Source of the DNA: Macrostomum lignano
Taxonomy: Eukaryota
Reading direction: 5' to 3'
DNA length: 64,000 nt
NCBI GenBank assembly: GCA_002269645.1
Contig: NIVC01000495.1
Span: forward strand, 62,001 to 126,000
The notes below the pieces were generated by a model. It saw nothing but the letters and a program-made list of their open reading frames with translations, was not told the DNA's origin and did no database searches. Position numbers and translations under genes: made by a program. Below are positions 46,000 through 58,700 of this stretch, one piece after another (within the stretch, counting starts at the first letter, position 1; each line of letters begins with the position of its first letter).

Positions 46000-46860
46000 C
46001 TGTCTTAGTGCCGATCTGTCTGTTTGTCTGTCTTAGTGTCTGCTAGTCTGCCCGCCTCTCTGTCTGTCTGCCAGCCTGCCTTGGTGCCGCTGTGGGTTAG
46101 CGGGTTAATTTAAAGTACGCTATGCGTCACCCATCTAATTGTCATTCACTCTCAGTCTGATTGCGTCATCCACAGACTCATCTCTCATCGTACAGCATTG
46201 GGGTTATTTTTATCGTACGCGATTACAACGTGCTAACTTGTTAACATGCAGTACGCTAGTATAAATACGAGTATATAGCAAATCGCGAGCAACTCAAATA
46301 GCAACTCTCTATTAACAAATCATTGAAGCTCAATTCAAACACAACAGTGTCGGTTTGCCAGCATGCCTTAGTGCCGGTCTGTCTGTCTGCTTGCCTGTCT
46401 GTCTGTCTTAGTGTCTGCTAGTCTGCCAGCATGCCTTAGTGCCGGTCTGTCTGTCTGCTTGCCTGTCTGTCTGTCTTAGTGTCTGCTAGTCTGCCAGCAT
46501 GCCTTAGTGCCGGTCTGTCTGTCTGCTTGCCTGTCTGTCTGTCTTAGTGTCTGCTAGTCTGCCAGCATGCCTTAGTGCCGGTCTGTCTGTCTGCTTGCCT
46601 GTCTGTCTGTCTTAGTGTCTGCTAGTCTGCCAGCATGCCTTAGTGCCGGTCTGTCTGTCTGCTTGCCTGTCTGTCTGTCTTAGTGCCTGCCAGTCTGCCT
46701 TAGTGCCGGTCTGTCTGTCTGCTTGCCTGTCTGTCTGTCTTAGTGTCTGCTAGTCTGCCAGCTTGCTTTAGTGCCGGTCTGCCTGCCTGTCTTAGTGCCT
46801 GCCAGTCTGCCTTAGTGCCGGTCTGTCTGCTTGACTGTCTGTCTGTCTGTCTGTCAGTAT
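46000..46860. repeat. 68-bp minisatellite built on (CTGT)n
   Basis: GCATGCCTTAG recurs at 46361, 46429 and onward; degenerate flanks. Confidence 0.9.
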
Positions 46861-47688
46861 GCCCATCTTTCTATCAGTATTTTAAACTGCTATAACTCTA
46901 ATAAGGTAAAAAAACTCACGAAAAGTTGAAATTCATTGTTTCGACTTCTTTCACAAGGCACACAGTAATAATATAATATGATATTAATAAGCTCACTCTA
47001 AGAATATTTTATCAGAGTGCGGTAACTGGAATCAGTGAGCAGCGAATCGATAAAATTTATTGAATATTTAAACAATTCTGCAAGAAAACAAAAGAGTTTG
47101 GCCGGACGAAAAACTCAGGTGCCAACAGATTTGCAGAGCCCAAACTTTAGTTTATGTACATGCCAGCGGCTCTTTCGCAACCAGCGCTACTTGTAAGTAG
47201 AGTAGTTGGAGTGCAGCCGCGCCGAACTAAAAAAATAATAGAAATTTTGCTAAGCAGTCGGTTTGAAAGATTGCAAAAATTTTAGATGCTAATACAGGTA
47301 GATAGGCGCAAATAACATAATAAGATAATTATGATTTTAATAAAGTCTAATAAGATCGACGTACACGAACATAATAACCACATCTGTTGCAGCGGATCTA
47401 CAGTAGATGAAGGGACATCCATACATGTATACATGTACACAACGCAGGCATGAATAAGAAGTTACCTTAATCCATAAAATTTCTAAATTTAACAGTTATC
47501 GAAATCGGAAACTAGCGCTTTGCAGAGCATTTTGAAAGCAGAAAAATGTAAGCCATGGCAGTCCAGGGACGCGAAATTACAGCTTGCATCTACAAGTAAA
47601 AACAAAACAACAACACAAGTCGCGGGGTTTCAACCCGCATTCAATTCAGGCAGCAGGCGAACGCAGACTTCTAGAGCAGCAACTCGAA

Positions 47689-50600
47689 TCAGTCCTTGGG
47701 CCCCTGGTAATAGGAGCAGCGCACCTTGGCGTCCCAGCCGGCGGACAGCAGGCGCTGCGAGTCGAACGGATGCCAGCTGACGTCGCGGACTGGCGCGTTG
47801 CCGTGGGCGCCAGGCAAACGGCGAAGCAGGCGGCCGCTCAGGCAGTCCCAGATCAGCACGTCGCCGTTGGCTGAGCCCGCGTACACGTAGCGCTGGCCGG
47901 TGGTGGCCTGGGGAGAGAAGCGGGCCCTCAGCAGGGTGCGGGACACCACGTGGCCGGTGAGGGTGGCCAGGCTCGGGTCGTCTGACAGCGGCGTCGAGTC
48001 GAATTGCGGCACGGACTGGTAGCGGTAGTCGAACTGGTGGCTGGGGCGGGAGCGGTTTGGTTCGGTCCAGTTGATTCTTGAACTCAACTGCACCCTCCCA
48101 GATGCTCTCAAACTCAATCGCACCCTCCCAGATGCTCTCAAACTCAACTGCACCCTCCCAGATGCTCTCAAACTCAACTGCACCCTCCCAGATGCTCTCA
48201 AACTCAACTGCACCCTCCCAGATGCTCTCAAACTCAACTGCACCCTCCCAGATGCTCTCAAACTCAACTGCACCCTCCCAGATGCTCTCTAACTCAACTG
48301 CACCCTCCCAGATGCTCTCAAACTCAACTGCACCCTCCCAGATGCTCTCAAACTCAACTGCACCCTCCCAGATGCTCTCAAACTCAACTGCACCCTCCCA
48401 GATGCTCTCAAATTCAACTTCATCCATGCAGATACTCAAAGCCACGCCTTACCCAGCCACTTTTCTGCGACACTCGTTAGTGAAATTGTTGGAGGCCGGG
48501 CGCCGCAGATCCCACAGCTTGATGCTCTGATCCTTGCTGTTGCTGAGGAAGTGCCGGCCGTCCTGCCTGCTGTCCAGATAGACAACTCCGCATTGGTGCC
48601 CGCTGAACATGGCGGCCGGAGGCGCAGTTGACGCGGACCGGAGGCAGCGCAGGTCCCACAATTTGATGATGCCGTCGTCGCCGGAGCTGAGCAGCAGATT
48701 CGAGCCCCGGCCGCCGTCGGCCCAGCAGACGGTGTTGACATCGTTGTGATGCCTGGCCGGGTACCACATGGGCCGGCGCATGGCCAGGTCGTACAGGCAG
48801 AGGGAGCCGCCGTTGCATCCCACAACGAGCAGGTCGCCGCAGGAGGACCAGCGGTGGCAGAACATGCCCCTGCTGGGCCCAGGGGTGTGGAATTGGGATT
48901 TATTGCGGACACTCTGAGAGTAGCTCGGCATGCCTGAGCCTAAGCATGCGGGTTTTGGATTATGAAAGTGAAATTCGGGATATTGAGATTGGAGGATGAT
49001 GGAATCTGAAATTTAGGATGATTGAATTTCAAACAGGGAATTCGGGATGATTGGGATTGGGGAAATCGGGATGATTGGGATTGGGGAAATCGGGATGATT
49101 GGGATTGGGGAAATCGGGATGATTGGGATTGGGGAAATGGGACGATTGGGATTGGGGAAATCGGGATGATTGGGATTGGGGAAATCGGGATGATTGGGAT
49201 TGGGGAAATCGGGATGATTGGGATTGGGGAATTCGGGATGATTGGGATTGGGGAATTCGGGATGATTGGGATTGGGGAAATCGGGATGATTGGGATTGGG
49301 GAATTCGGGATGATTGGGATTGGGGAATTCGGGATGATTGGGATTGGGGAAATAGGGATGATTGGGATTGGGGAATTCGGGATGATTGGGATTGGGGAAA
49401 TCGGGATGATTGGGATTGGGAAATTCGGGATGATTGGGATTGGGGAATTCGGGATGATTGGGATTGGGGAATTCGGGATGATTGGGATTGGGGAAATAGG
49501 GATGATTGGGATTGGGGAAATAGGGATGATTGGGATTGGGAAATCCGGATGATTGGGATTGGGGAAATCGGGATGATTGGGATTGGGGAAATAGGGATGA
49601 TTGGGATTGGGGAAATAGGGATGATTGGGATTGGGAAATCCGGATGATTGGGATTGGGGAAATCGGGATGATTGGGATTGGGGAAATAGGGATGATTGGG
49701 ATTGGGAAATCCGGATGATTGGGATTGGGGAAATCGGGATGATTGGGATTGGGGAAATAGGGATGATTGGGATTGGGAAATCCGGATGATTGGGATTGGG
49801 GAAATGGGACGATTGGGATTCGGGAAATAGGGATGATTGGGATTGGGGAAATAGGGATGATTGGGATTGGGGAAATAGGGATGATTGGGATTGGGAAATC
49901 CGGATGATTGGGATTGGGGAAATCGGGATGATTGGGATTGGGGAAATAGGGATGATTGGGATTGGGAAATCCGGATGATTGGGATTGGGGAAATGGGACG
50001 ATTGGGATTCGGGAAATAGGGATGATTGGGATTGGGAAATCCGGATGATTGGGATTGGGAAATCCGGATGATTGGGATTGGGAAATCCGGATGATTGGGA
50101 TTGGGGAAATGGGACGATTGGGATTCGGGAAATAGGGATGATTGGGATTGGGAAATCCGGATGATTGGGATTGGGAAATCCGGATGATTGGGATTGGGAA
50201 ATCCGGATGATTGGGATTGGGGAAATGGGACGATTGGGATTCGGGAAATAGGGATGATTGGGATTGGGAAATTGGGATGATTTCAAAAGTGGAGAATAAG
50301 AAAGTGAAAATCAAGCAAATAAAAGATGATCAATCCCAGGTGCTAAGCTGCAAGACCCGCACACACCTGTAGGCGCCTTCGTCCGCATCGTCAGCGCTGA
50401 GCAGTGACAGCGGCTCGTGCAGGTCGGAGTGAACGCCAACCAGCTGCAGACAGTGAGACCAGCTACTGTACACCAGGTGATGGCCGGTCGGACTCAAAGA
50501 CAGGTCAAGTACGCTCCAGCCAACGTCCCGGGCGAGCACCTGACACAGGATGGAAATGACAAATTTGACTAAACAGCTGAGAAGTGAAATTCCACCTTGA

Positions 50601-52282
50601 AAATTCCATTTGATGCTCCAGAATTGAGAGATTCGAGTGCGTACCAGCCTCCCCAGTGAAAACGGTACCTACCGAGGCCAGTAGGCGCCCCAGTGTCACT
50701 TGCGTCGCCCAAAAGTCGTTTCAAAGTCGTTGCAAAGTCTTGGGCGACGCAAGTGACACTGGCGCGACGGTAAAGCGACTCTGGGGCCGTAGAGTCGTAT
50801 TTGAGGCGTGCTGGAGTCGCTTGATGAATTAGACTCACATCTCTAGCGAAAGTTAAGCACCAACACGACACGCCAATAAAAGTGCACGTACGATCCCGGT
50901 CGCTGGGATTTTGTTTTAGTTGTAATTATAAATCCAGTTGCTTAGCTGGAACCTGGGGTTCAAAACTGGGACTTATGGAAGTCTGTCTGAGCTTTGTTGC
51001 TGAGTAATTAATTGTATAGTTGCTGAAAATTTGCCTTCGATGTCGAAAATTAAGTAAAAAAATGGCAATTTTAACCATGGGCCACTCAGCACATTTGCGT
51101 GTAAGTCACCTGCAGTTCAGGAGTGAGTTTAATATAAGTACTTTTTCATTTAAAGACAGACTCGTTTATTGGCCCCCCGATCCCCTTAGATTACCCACCC
51201 GTCAAAGTCACTTGAATTGTTATTCTTTTCATATAAAAAAGCTTTCCCATTCTTGCTTGCTACTGAAAGTAGAAAAGCAGCATTTCAAGTCCGAAATTTC
51301 GACTCACCGACTTGAGCGGCCGAAAATTTCCTTCACGCGTGTCGAACAGCCGGATTGGCGAGTTGGTGCCCTGCGCCGCGCACATGAACACATCGCCTGG
51401 CTCGGAGAACAGGCCGCAAAAGAAGAAGCTGCGACCCTTCAGCACTACCCGGGTGTTGTTGGGCAGGTGCTGATGTGCCAGGTGGTAGCGCTGCTTGGCG
51501 CCAAAACTGAGACACCGGTTCAGCGCCACGTTTGCCACGGAAACTCGAGAGGCGCCGCCTCCGCGAGCGGACGCATCGCTGGCTGAGCTGGACTCGGCCG
51601 GGCCGGCGGCAGAGGTGCAGGAATTGAAGGGGAAGCAGAAGGATATGCCGCCTGCTTTTTGCCCGGCTGCGTGCGAGTGGCTGCAGCTCTCGGCCGCTCC
51701 GCCGCTGGAGTCCAGCAGCAGCCGGTGAACGCTGTGTCGGAGGCGGCTGTTTGCGAAGTCGGCCGACAAACGCGGCGGAGCATCGTGCAGGCGGCTGCGG
51801 GAGCGGGTCGCGTAGGCGCTGTCGCGACCGCTGAGGGTTGCGAGCGGCGGTGGCTCAGTGAGTGCTGTGAGGCATCAGCTGGGGAGAGTCAACTGAGGGG
51901 TCAGCCCAGGTCACGAGTGAACTAGTGAAGGGTCAGTCCAGGTCACGAGTCAACTAGTGAAGGGTCAGCTCAGGTCATGAGTCAACTAGTGAAGGGACGG
52001 TCAAGGTCACGAGTCAACTAGTGAAGGGACGGTCAAGGTCACGAGTCAACTAGTGAAGGGACGGTCAAGGTCACGAGTCAACTAGTGAAGGGTCATTTAA
52101 ACTCACAGTGAACTAGTGAAGGCACATTCAAGGTCACAAATCAAGGGTCAACAGCGCCAGCATAAAACTCACAGCAGGTGCAGCAGCGACTCAATGCCGG
52201 GATGATCGAAGCTGTTATCACTGTCATCGCTCTCGTCTGACACGAGCTCAACATTATCGTCAATTTCCAACCGTCTGTGCAT
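47689..52282 (-). CDS. DCAF11: DDB1- and CUL4-associated factor 11 (WDR23/LEC14B-like WD40 protein)
   Basis: Exons 52282-52173, about 51830-51308, 50539-50367, about 48869-48453 and 48040-47689. Motifs: IRLFDT, ARDVGWSVLD, LVYSSWS, HHNDVNTVCWAD, GDDGIIKLWDLR, SNSKDQSIKLWDLR, FDYRYQ, TLLRARFSP, VRDVSWHP. The acceptors of exons 2 and 4 have alternatives. Confidence 0.92.
48079..48420. repeat. 30-bp minisatellite AACTCAACTGCACCCTCCCAGATGCTCTCA, about 11 copies, intronic
   Basis: Direct reading. Confidence 0.95.
49040..50280. repeat. 23/24-bp G-tract minisatellite GGGATGATTGGGATTGGGGAAATC, about 52 copies, intronic
   Basis: Direct reading. Confidence 0.95.
50691..50761. other. Perfect 22-bp inverted repeat with a 27-nt loop (mini-MITE or RNA hairpin)
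   Basis: CAGTGTCACTTGCGTCGCCCAA (50691-50712) / TTGGGCGACGCAAGTGACACTG (50740-50761). Confidence 0.85.
51885..52125. repeat. 32-bp minisatellite GTCACGAGTCAACTAGTGAAGGGACGGTCAAG, about 7 copies, intronic
   Basis: Direct reading. Confidence 0.9.
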
Positions 52283-52744
52283 GTCAGGGGGTGTCGCTGG
52301 AAATGACAGACCAAGTATTATTGGAAAAAAATTGTTAGAATAAATAAAACAAATAAAAGGATTTTGACTCAACTACTGTAGACCCTATAAAGGATATATT
52401 TGAGAACTGAGAGCAGCAATGATTCTTGATGAGTAGCTTTATAATAACAAAGTAAATTTATAATAATAAACATCGGGTCATAAACGCAGCGGTGAGCGTT
52501 ACGTCAGCAAATTAACACAAAATTTATTTCATTTTATTGCAGAATGGGAAGAGAAACACGGCCCTCTGTAATCCGGGAACGGGCGGTATCAACTCAGTCA
52601 CAATTTGGTCAATGCAAAGGGACAAGAATGCATAAAAGACATCAGAGCCAAGCCAGGAAATGCTTGCAAGCAACCAGGCGATAGGGAAACACACAACAGT
52701 TACACTGTAAGAAATTAAAAATTGTGCAGCTGTGACACCCCAGC

Positions 52745-55700
52745 TCAGCTGAATAGGTCGCCAACACTGGGCAGGGGCGCCAGGCCGCCGGACACAGCGG
52801 GCAGGGAGGCCAGGTCCGGCAGGTTGGCCAGGTGGGAGCTCAGCTCCTTCTGCAGGCTGCGCAGCTCCCGCAGTCGGCGCCGCTGGTCCTCAAGCCGGCG
52901 CTGACCGGTGGCCAGGGCGGCACGCTGCTGGCGGCAGTAGGCGCGCAGGTCCGAGTGGAAGCCGCGGCGCCGCGCCACCTCGCTGGATAGCTGGGCGTTG
53001 TAGGCGGAGCAGACTTCGTCCGCCTGCGTCACCTCGCGGAGCAGCCGCTGGCAGTCTCGCCGGTTTTTGCAGGCGTCCACGGAGGCCTCCTCGACGATGT
53101 GCTTCGGGAAGCGAGATATTCGACGCCGCATCTCGGCGCTGCCGCTGGGTGCGGCGGCCAGGAACTGCAGCTCGGCGAGGATCTGCTCCGAGTCCGGCTG
53201 CTCCTCCACCGCTTCGGCCTCGGCGGCTGCGGCAGCCGCTTCCCGGGCCTCGGCCAGGCCGGCACGGAGTGCCGACGCCGACGCAGCGACACCGGCGCCG
53301 CCGCCGTAGCCGGTGGCGATGGCCGAACCGACGCCCACACCGTTGTTGTCATCATCGTCATCGCTGCCGACGCCGGCGTCCCGCAGTGCCGGGCTGACGG
53401 GACCCTCCTGCCCGCTGTCGTCGCTGTCACCCTCTTCTTCGTTCGGCAGATCGTCGTCATCGTCCTGCCCGACGGCCACACCGACGGCCACTGTCGCCGG
53501 AGCTGCTGCCGATGCGGCGCTGTCGGTGCCGGTCGACGCTGACGCGGTTTTGCCTTCGCTCTGCCGGCCGGCATTGCGTGGCGCGAATTTGTCCAGCATC
53601 TGGCGGCAGCACTGCAGCTGGTCGGGCTCGAACACGTGCCGCTCGTGCCAGATGCGGACCAGCCGGTCCAGGCTGGCCATCACCTTGGCGTCGGCCGCCT
53701 TGGCGCAGTCCTTCATGGCGTGGGACAGCACGGCGCTGAACACGCGTAGGAACTCAGGGCCCTGCTTGCGGCTGTTCTGCACAACATCGTTCATCAGGTA
53801 GAGCAGGGTCAGCTTCCGCTTTCGGTGCACTGTCAATGGGTGAGGGGTGGGCCTAAATTACATAAGTGCATATATGTGACATTACTATTTCTATAGCCAA
53901 TGCTTCATCAAAACAGACATTTTTGAGGCTTACTTCTTCACTAGCAAACAATCCTTGTACAAGCTATATATTGGTTTTGTCAGCCTAACTGAGAATAAAG
54001 CCATCCAAAGTGAGAATCCTGCCTACGCTGACTGCGAAGGGCCTGGCTGCGTGCAGCCTAGTCTATGAGCCATAGACTATAAAGTAAAAGCAAAATAAAA
54101 GAATACGACGCATAGACCAATCGATTCTCACATTGGATGGCTTTTTATCACTTTGCTTGTCCTTTATTGTCTATGACCCATAGACTAAGGCTGCACGCAG
54201 CCAGGCCCTTCGCAGTCAGCGTAGGCAGGATTCTCACTTTGGATGGCTTTATTCTCAGTTAGGCTGACAAAACCAATACTATTCATATTGGGTAGATAGA
54301 CTTAGTCAATGGGCCATATGCAGAAAGCTCTGTCTAGGGTAGTCTGGTCTTGAAAAGCTAGTCTGGACTTGGATTTGGTATGCAGAAACACAAACCCGTT
54401 GGATTTTGAGTTTTTAAAGTAGTCATGAAAGGTGAAGAGTTTTGCACCTTCTGCCTGACTTTCGCCTCTCTTATGCCTATTTTGTGCCACTTGTGCACCT
54501 TTCGTTCACCTGAGTGCCTCTGCAGGGTCAGAAGGTGAATTTAAGGCACGAACTAGGCGGTAGGGGCACAGGTGTCGTAGGGGAGTTAGGTGCATAAAAG
54601 GTGCACAGTGTGCATTATAGGCACAAAAGGTGAACAAAGTAGGAATTGGGGGCATTGGTGGAGTGAAAGGTGAAAAAGGTGCGCTGCGGTGGAGGTGCAT
54701 AAAAAGTGTACAGTGTGCAATGGAGGCACGAAAGGTGAATAAAAGGTGCACAGTGGGCACTTTAGGCGTAGAGGCAATGCAAGGGGCGTTAAAGTTTCAA
54801 TTGGCGAAGTTCTTTGCTACCTTTTCTCACTATTCGAAATTTTTCGTCACTAATGCAAACCTTTTTATCACTTTTCGGAACTTTTCCTGAGTATTTGAAA
54901 GTCATTAAAACTTATCAGTATAGGAAATGTTTACTTTCGTGGTTTGTCAGGATCAGGAAGGGGATAGCAGCGATTAGTATAGGTGTAAACAAAGCTTTTC
55001 TATGTTCAATCGGTGCATGCAATATACGAGTATGTAACTCTCAGTTAATTTTTTGTTACGAATTCTTAATGCGCTAATTCGTGCATAGGCATGAAAGGTG
55101 AGCGAGGTGCACAGAAGAGGCACTTTAGGGGTATATTTCGAGCGTGTTTTGGAAATGCACCTGTATACATATTTACGCCGCACATGTACACCTTATGAAC
55201 CTCTAATTCACCTTTCGTGCACTTTCTGCGCCCCTTCAGCACCTTTCCTACACCTGCTGTGCCTCACTTGTGAGCCTGCTGTTCACCTTTTGCGCACCTC
55301 CAGTGCCCCTTACGCACCTTTACTGCCCCTACCGCCCCAACCAATCAAAATTAAAAATTCACCTACTGCCTGACCACTTCACCGATTTTACACCTTTCAT
55401 GCCTCTTTTCAAAAATATTGGTGACATTTAGGCATAAAAGGTGCACTCAGGTGCATTTCCAAAACATGCACGAAATGGGCCACTAAGGTGCCTCTTTTGT
55501 GCACCTCGCTCACCTTTTATGCCTCTGCAGGTGCATAACTTTTCCAACGGGAAAGTTAGACCGATCTACTATAGACAGAACTAGGGTAGCTAGACCATAG
55601 ACTATAGACTGAACTACCCAAGTCTGAACTAGCTAGTCTGGACTAAGCTTTCTGCATATGGCTCATTCCATATAAGCATGGTCGTAACATGACAGGCTAT

Positions 55701-58700
55701 TTTTACTTATAAAATGAAATCTAATAATAGCATTTACTAAACCAATATTTTAAATGAAAGATTATTTTGTCTAGAATATATTTATAGAGTTTCATATAGA
55801 TATCATCATTAGTATAGATGCTATTAAACCTTAAATGACACTTATGGTCGTAACGACAGGATTTTTGACATATAGAAACTAAAAGGTAAAAGTCTTATAA
55901 CATTTTTCATTTTTGATATTTTGCAAAAAATTTTTTTAATTTGACTAAGAACATCTTTAGAAGTCATACTCTTTAATTAGAATATATAAACTCAAAAAGG
56001 CAACAAAGATACAAAAGAAAAGGCAGCCTTATGGTCGTAACATTATGGTCGTAACATATTTTTTTCTGTCAATTCAGTAACTTTGAGGTACTAATACATT
56101 AAAAATATAATAGATTATTTGGTCCCCAATGCTTTTATCTGATGATGTAAGTACTATACTTTTATCTATAGTTTGTTTCAACCTTCAAAAGCTTTCTATT
56201 TGTTTTTAAAAGGTACAAAATCTTAATGATGTCTTTTGCTTCGAAAAATGTCCAAATTTTTACAAAAATGACTTTTTGCCAATTGATAACATACTAATCC
56301 AACATTTTACCATTCCTTTATTCTTAGATTGTATATATTGCATATAAAAAACATTTGGTAAAATAAAAAAGGCTAATAAGGCAATGGCAAGCAAAAATAT
56401 TGACTTTTTCTATTTTCCAAATATGTCCATCTTATATGGAATGAACCATATGGCCCAATGTAAGGTAGATGCAGTAGACTTATAACTTAAGTAGTTGTGC
56501 AACTCAATTATTATAGTGCATTATTGAAACCATGGCTGGCCTCTTACTAGCAGCTACAACCATTGTTTATCATTGTTTTTATTTATATTAATTATAGAAT
56601 GATTTACTAGACTTTTTACTAGTTGAAAGTTGATCATCAATCTATTGAAACCCATTGTTCTTTCCATAAATATGTTCTACTTATACAAAGGGTGTCCAGA
56701 AAATAGTGTTACTTTTTCTTGTTGCGGATGTTTGATACAGCTGCATTGACATAAATTTGGTGTAGTTTGAAAGCAACAAGTCTCTTCTTTGAAATGACTT
56801 AAGACATGATAGATTTGAATTTGGATTTTAAGAGGTATATGCATTTAAGTAGAGGGAGATCAGTCATAGACTTACAGAAGATCAAATACAACTATACAAG
56901 TGTACCTGCTAAAATTAGCATTCTGCTCAATGGTAATCAATATTTTTGCATGCATGAGTTGTTTTATGGTCAAATGTGGCACAGTAAAAAGCTTTTTTTG
57001 AAAGAATTCAACTAAACCAGTTGGGTCAAAAAATCTTTACTGTTGCTTAATTTTGATCCATTAATTGGCAAATGAACATGCATTCAAAGACTAGGAAGCA
57101 ACATGCCAGCTGATATTCATAAGGCAACTCTGAACTACACATGGCAACTATTCTGTCAGCAAAATGACAATGAACAAGTGGGTAAATGAGTTCAGGGGTG
57201 GAAGAACTGACATGAACTAGAACTAAACTGACTGAAGGTCAGGATACCCTGAGATCCATGCCAGTAGTGGCCTCATCTTGGATCCATTCTTGACTTGATT
57301 GATAAAGACTACTACCAAAGCATCTGCAAAATCTGTCATACTATTTTATCAGAGAGATAATGAACAGGCAACTGAATGAGTTCAAGGGTAGAAAAACTAA
57401 TGTGAGCGACATGCCAGGGTCAGGATACCATGAGATGTGATAGTAGCAGCCTAATAGATTGCATTCTTGACTTGATCATTGATCAATGAAGACTGCCACC
57501 AAAGCATCTGCAAAATAGCTAATAAACTAGATTATTTAAAGTCCACAGTTTACAAATGTCTGCAGATGATTCATGTCAAGCTAAGTGCCTATTGGGTTCC
57601 CTAATAGCTCACTCACTGAGGATATAAAGCTAGATTGTCTATATAGAAAACTTGTGTCTAATGTTCTATAAGTCTATGACCAATCTCCTTTTATTTAAAT
57701 TAGTGATAGACCAAATGTGGATTTTTGCAAGTTTCTGAAACCGAATCCGAATGTACAAAAAAAATCCGAATTTGAATCCAAATGTTTCCGAATGCAAGCA
57801 AAAAGTGTAAGGTAAACGGTGGGAGTAACTATGACTCTTTTAATTTACGAAAATGTCTTGTCATCTAATTAGTGCGATGTAAATTGACTGACAAGATTCC
57901 ATCTCTCCTGGGCTTATTATTCGTACTGGCTCATTCCATATAAGCATGGTCGTAACATGACAGGTTATTTTTACTTATAAAATGAAATCTAATAATAGAA
58001 TATACTAAACCAATATTTTAAATGAAAGATTATTTTGTCTAGAATATATTTATAGAGTTTCATATAGATATCATCATTAGTATAGATGCTATTAAACCTT
58101 AAATGACACTTATGGTCGTAACGACAGGATTTTTGACATATAGAAACTAAAAGGTAAAAGTCTTATAACATTTTTCATTTTTGATATTTTGCAATACATT
58201 TTTAAAATTTGACTAAGAACATCTTTAGAAATCATACTCTTTTATTAGAATATATAAACTCAAAAGGCAACAAAGATACAAAAGAAAAGGCAGCCTTATG
58301 GTCGTAACATTATGGTCGTAACATATTTTTTTCTGTCAATTCAGTAACTTTGAGGTACTAATACATTAAAAATATAATAGATTATTTGGTCACCAATGCT
58401 TTTATCTGATGATGCAAGTACTATACTTTTATCTATAGTTTGTTTCAACCTTCAAAAGCTTTCTATTTGTTTTTAAAAGGTACAAAATCTTAATGATGTC
58501 TTTTGCTTCGAAAAATGTCCAAATTTTTACAAAAATGACTTTTTGCCAATTGATAATATACTAATCCAACATTTTACCATTCCTTTATTCTTAGATTGTA
58601 TATATTGCACAATATAAACATTTGGTAAAAAAATAGGCTAATTAGGCAATGGCAAGCAAAAATATTGACTTTTTTCTATTTTCCAAATATGTCCATCTTA

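Noticed and set aside
1737-50314. The many long periodic ORFs in the track (e.g. 3738-4616, 16800-18049, 18340-19533, 23352-24779, 24817-26253, 37767-38811, 48940-50314)
   Set aside because: They are translations of stop-free minisatellites, open in several frames and on both strands, and most lie in introns of the modelled genes.
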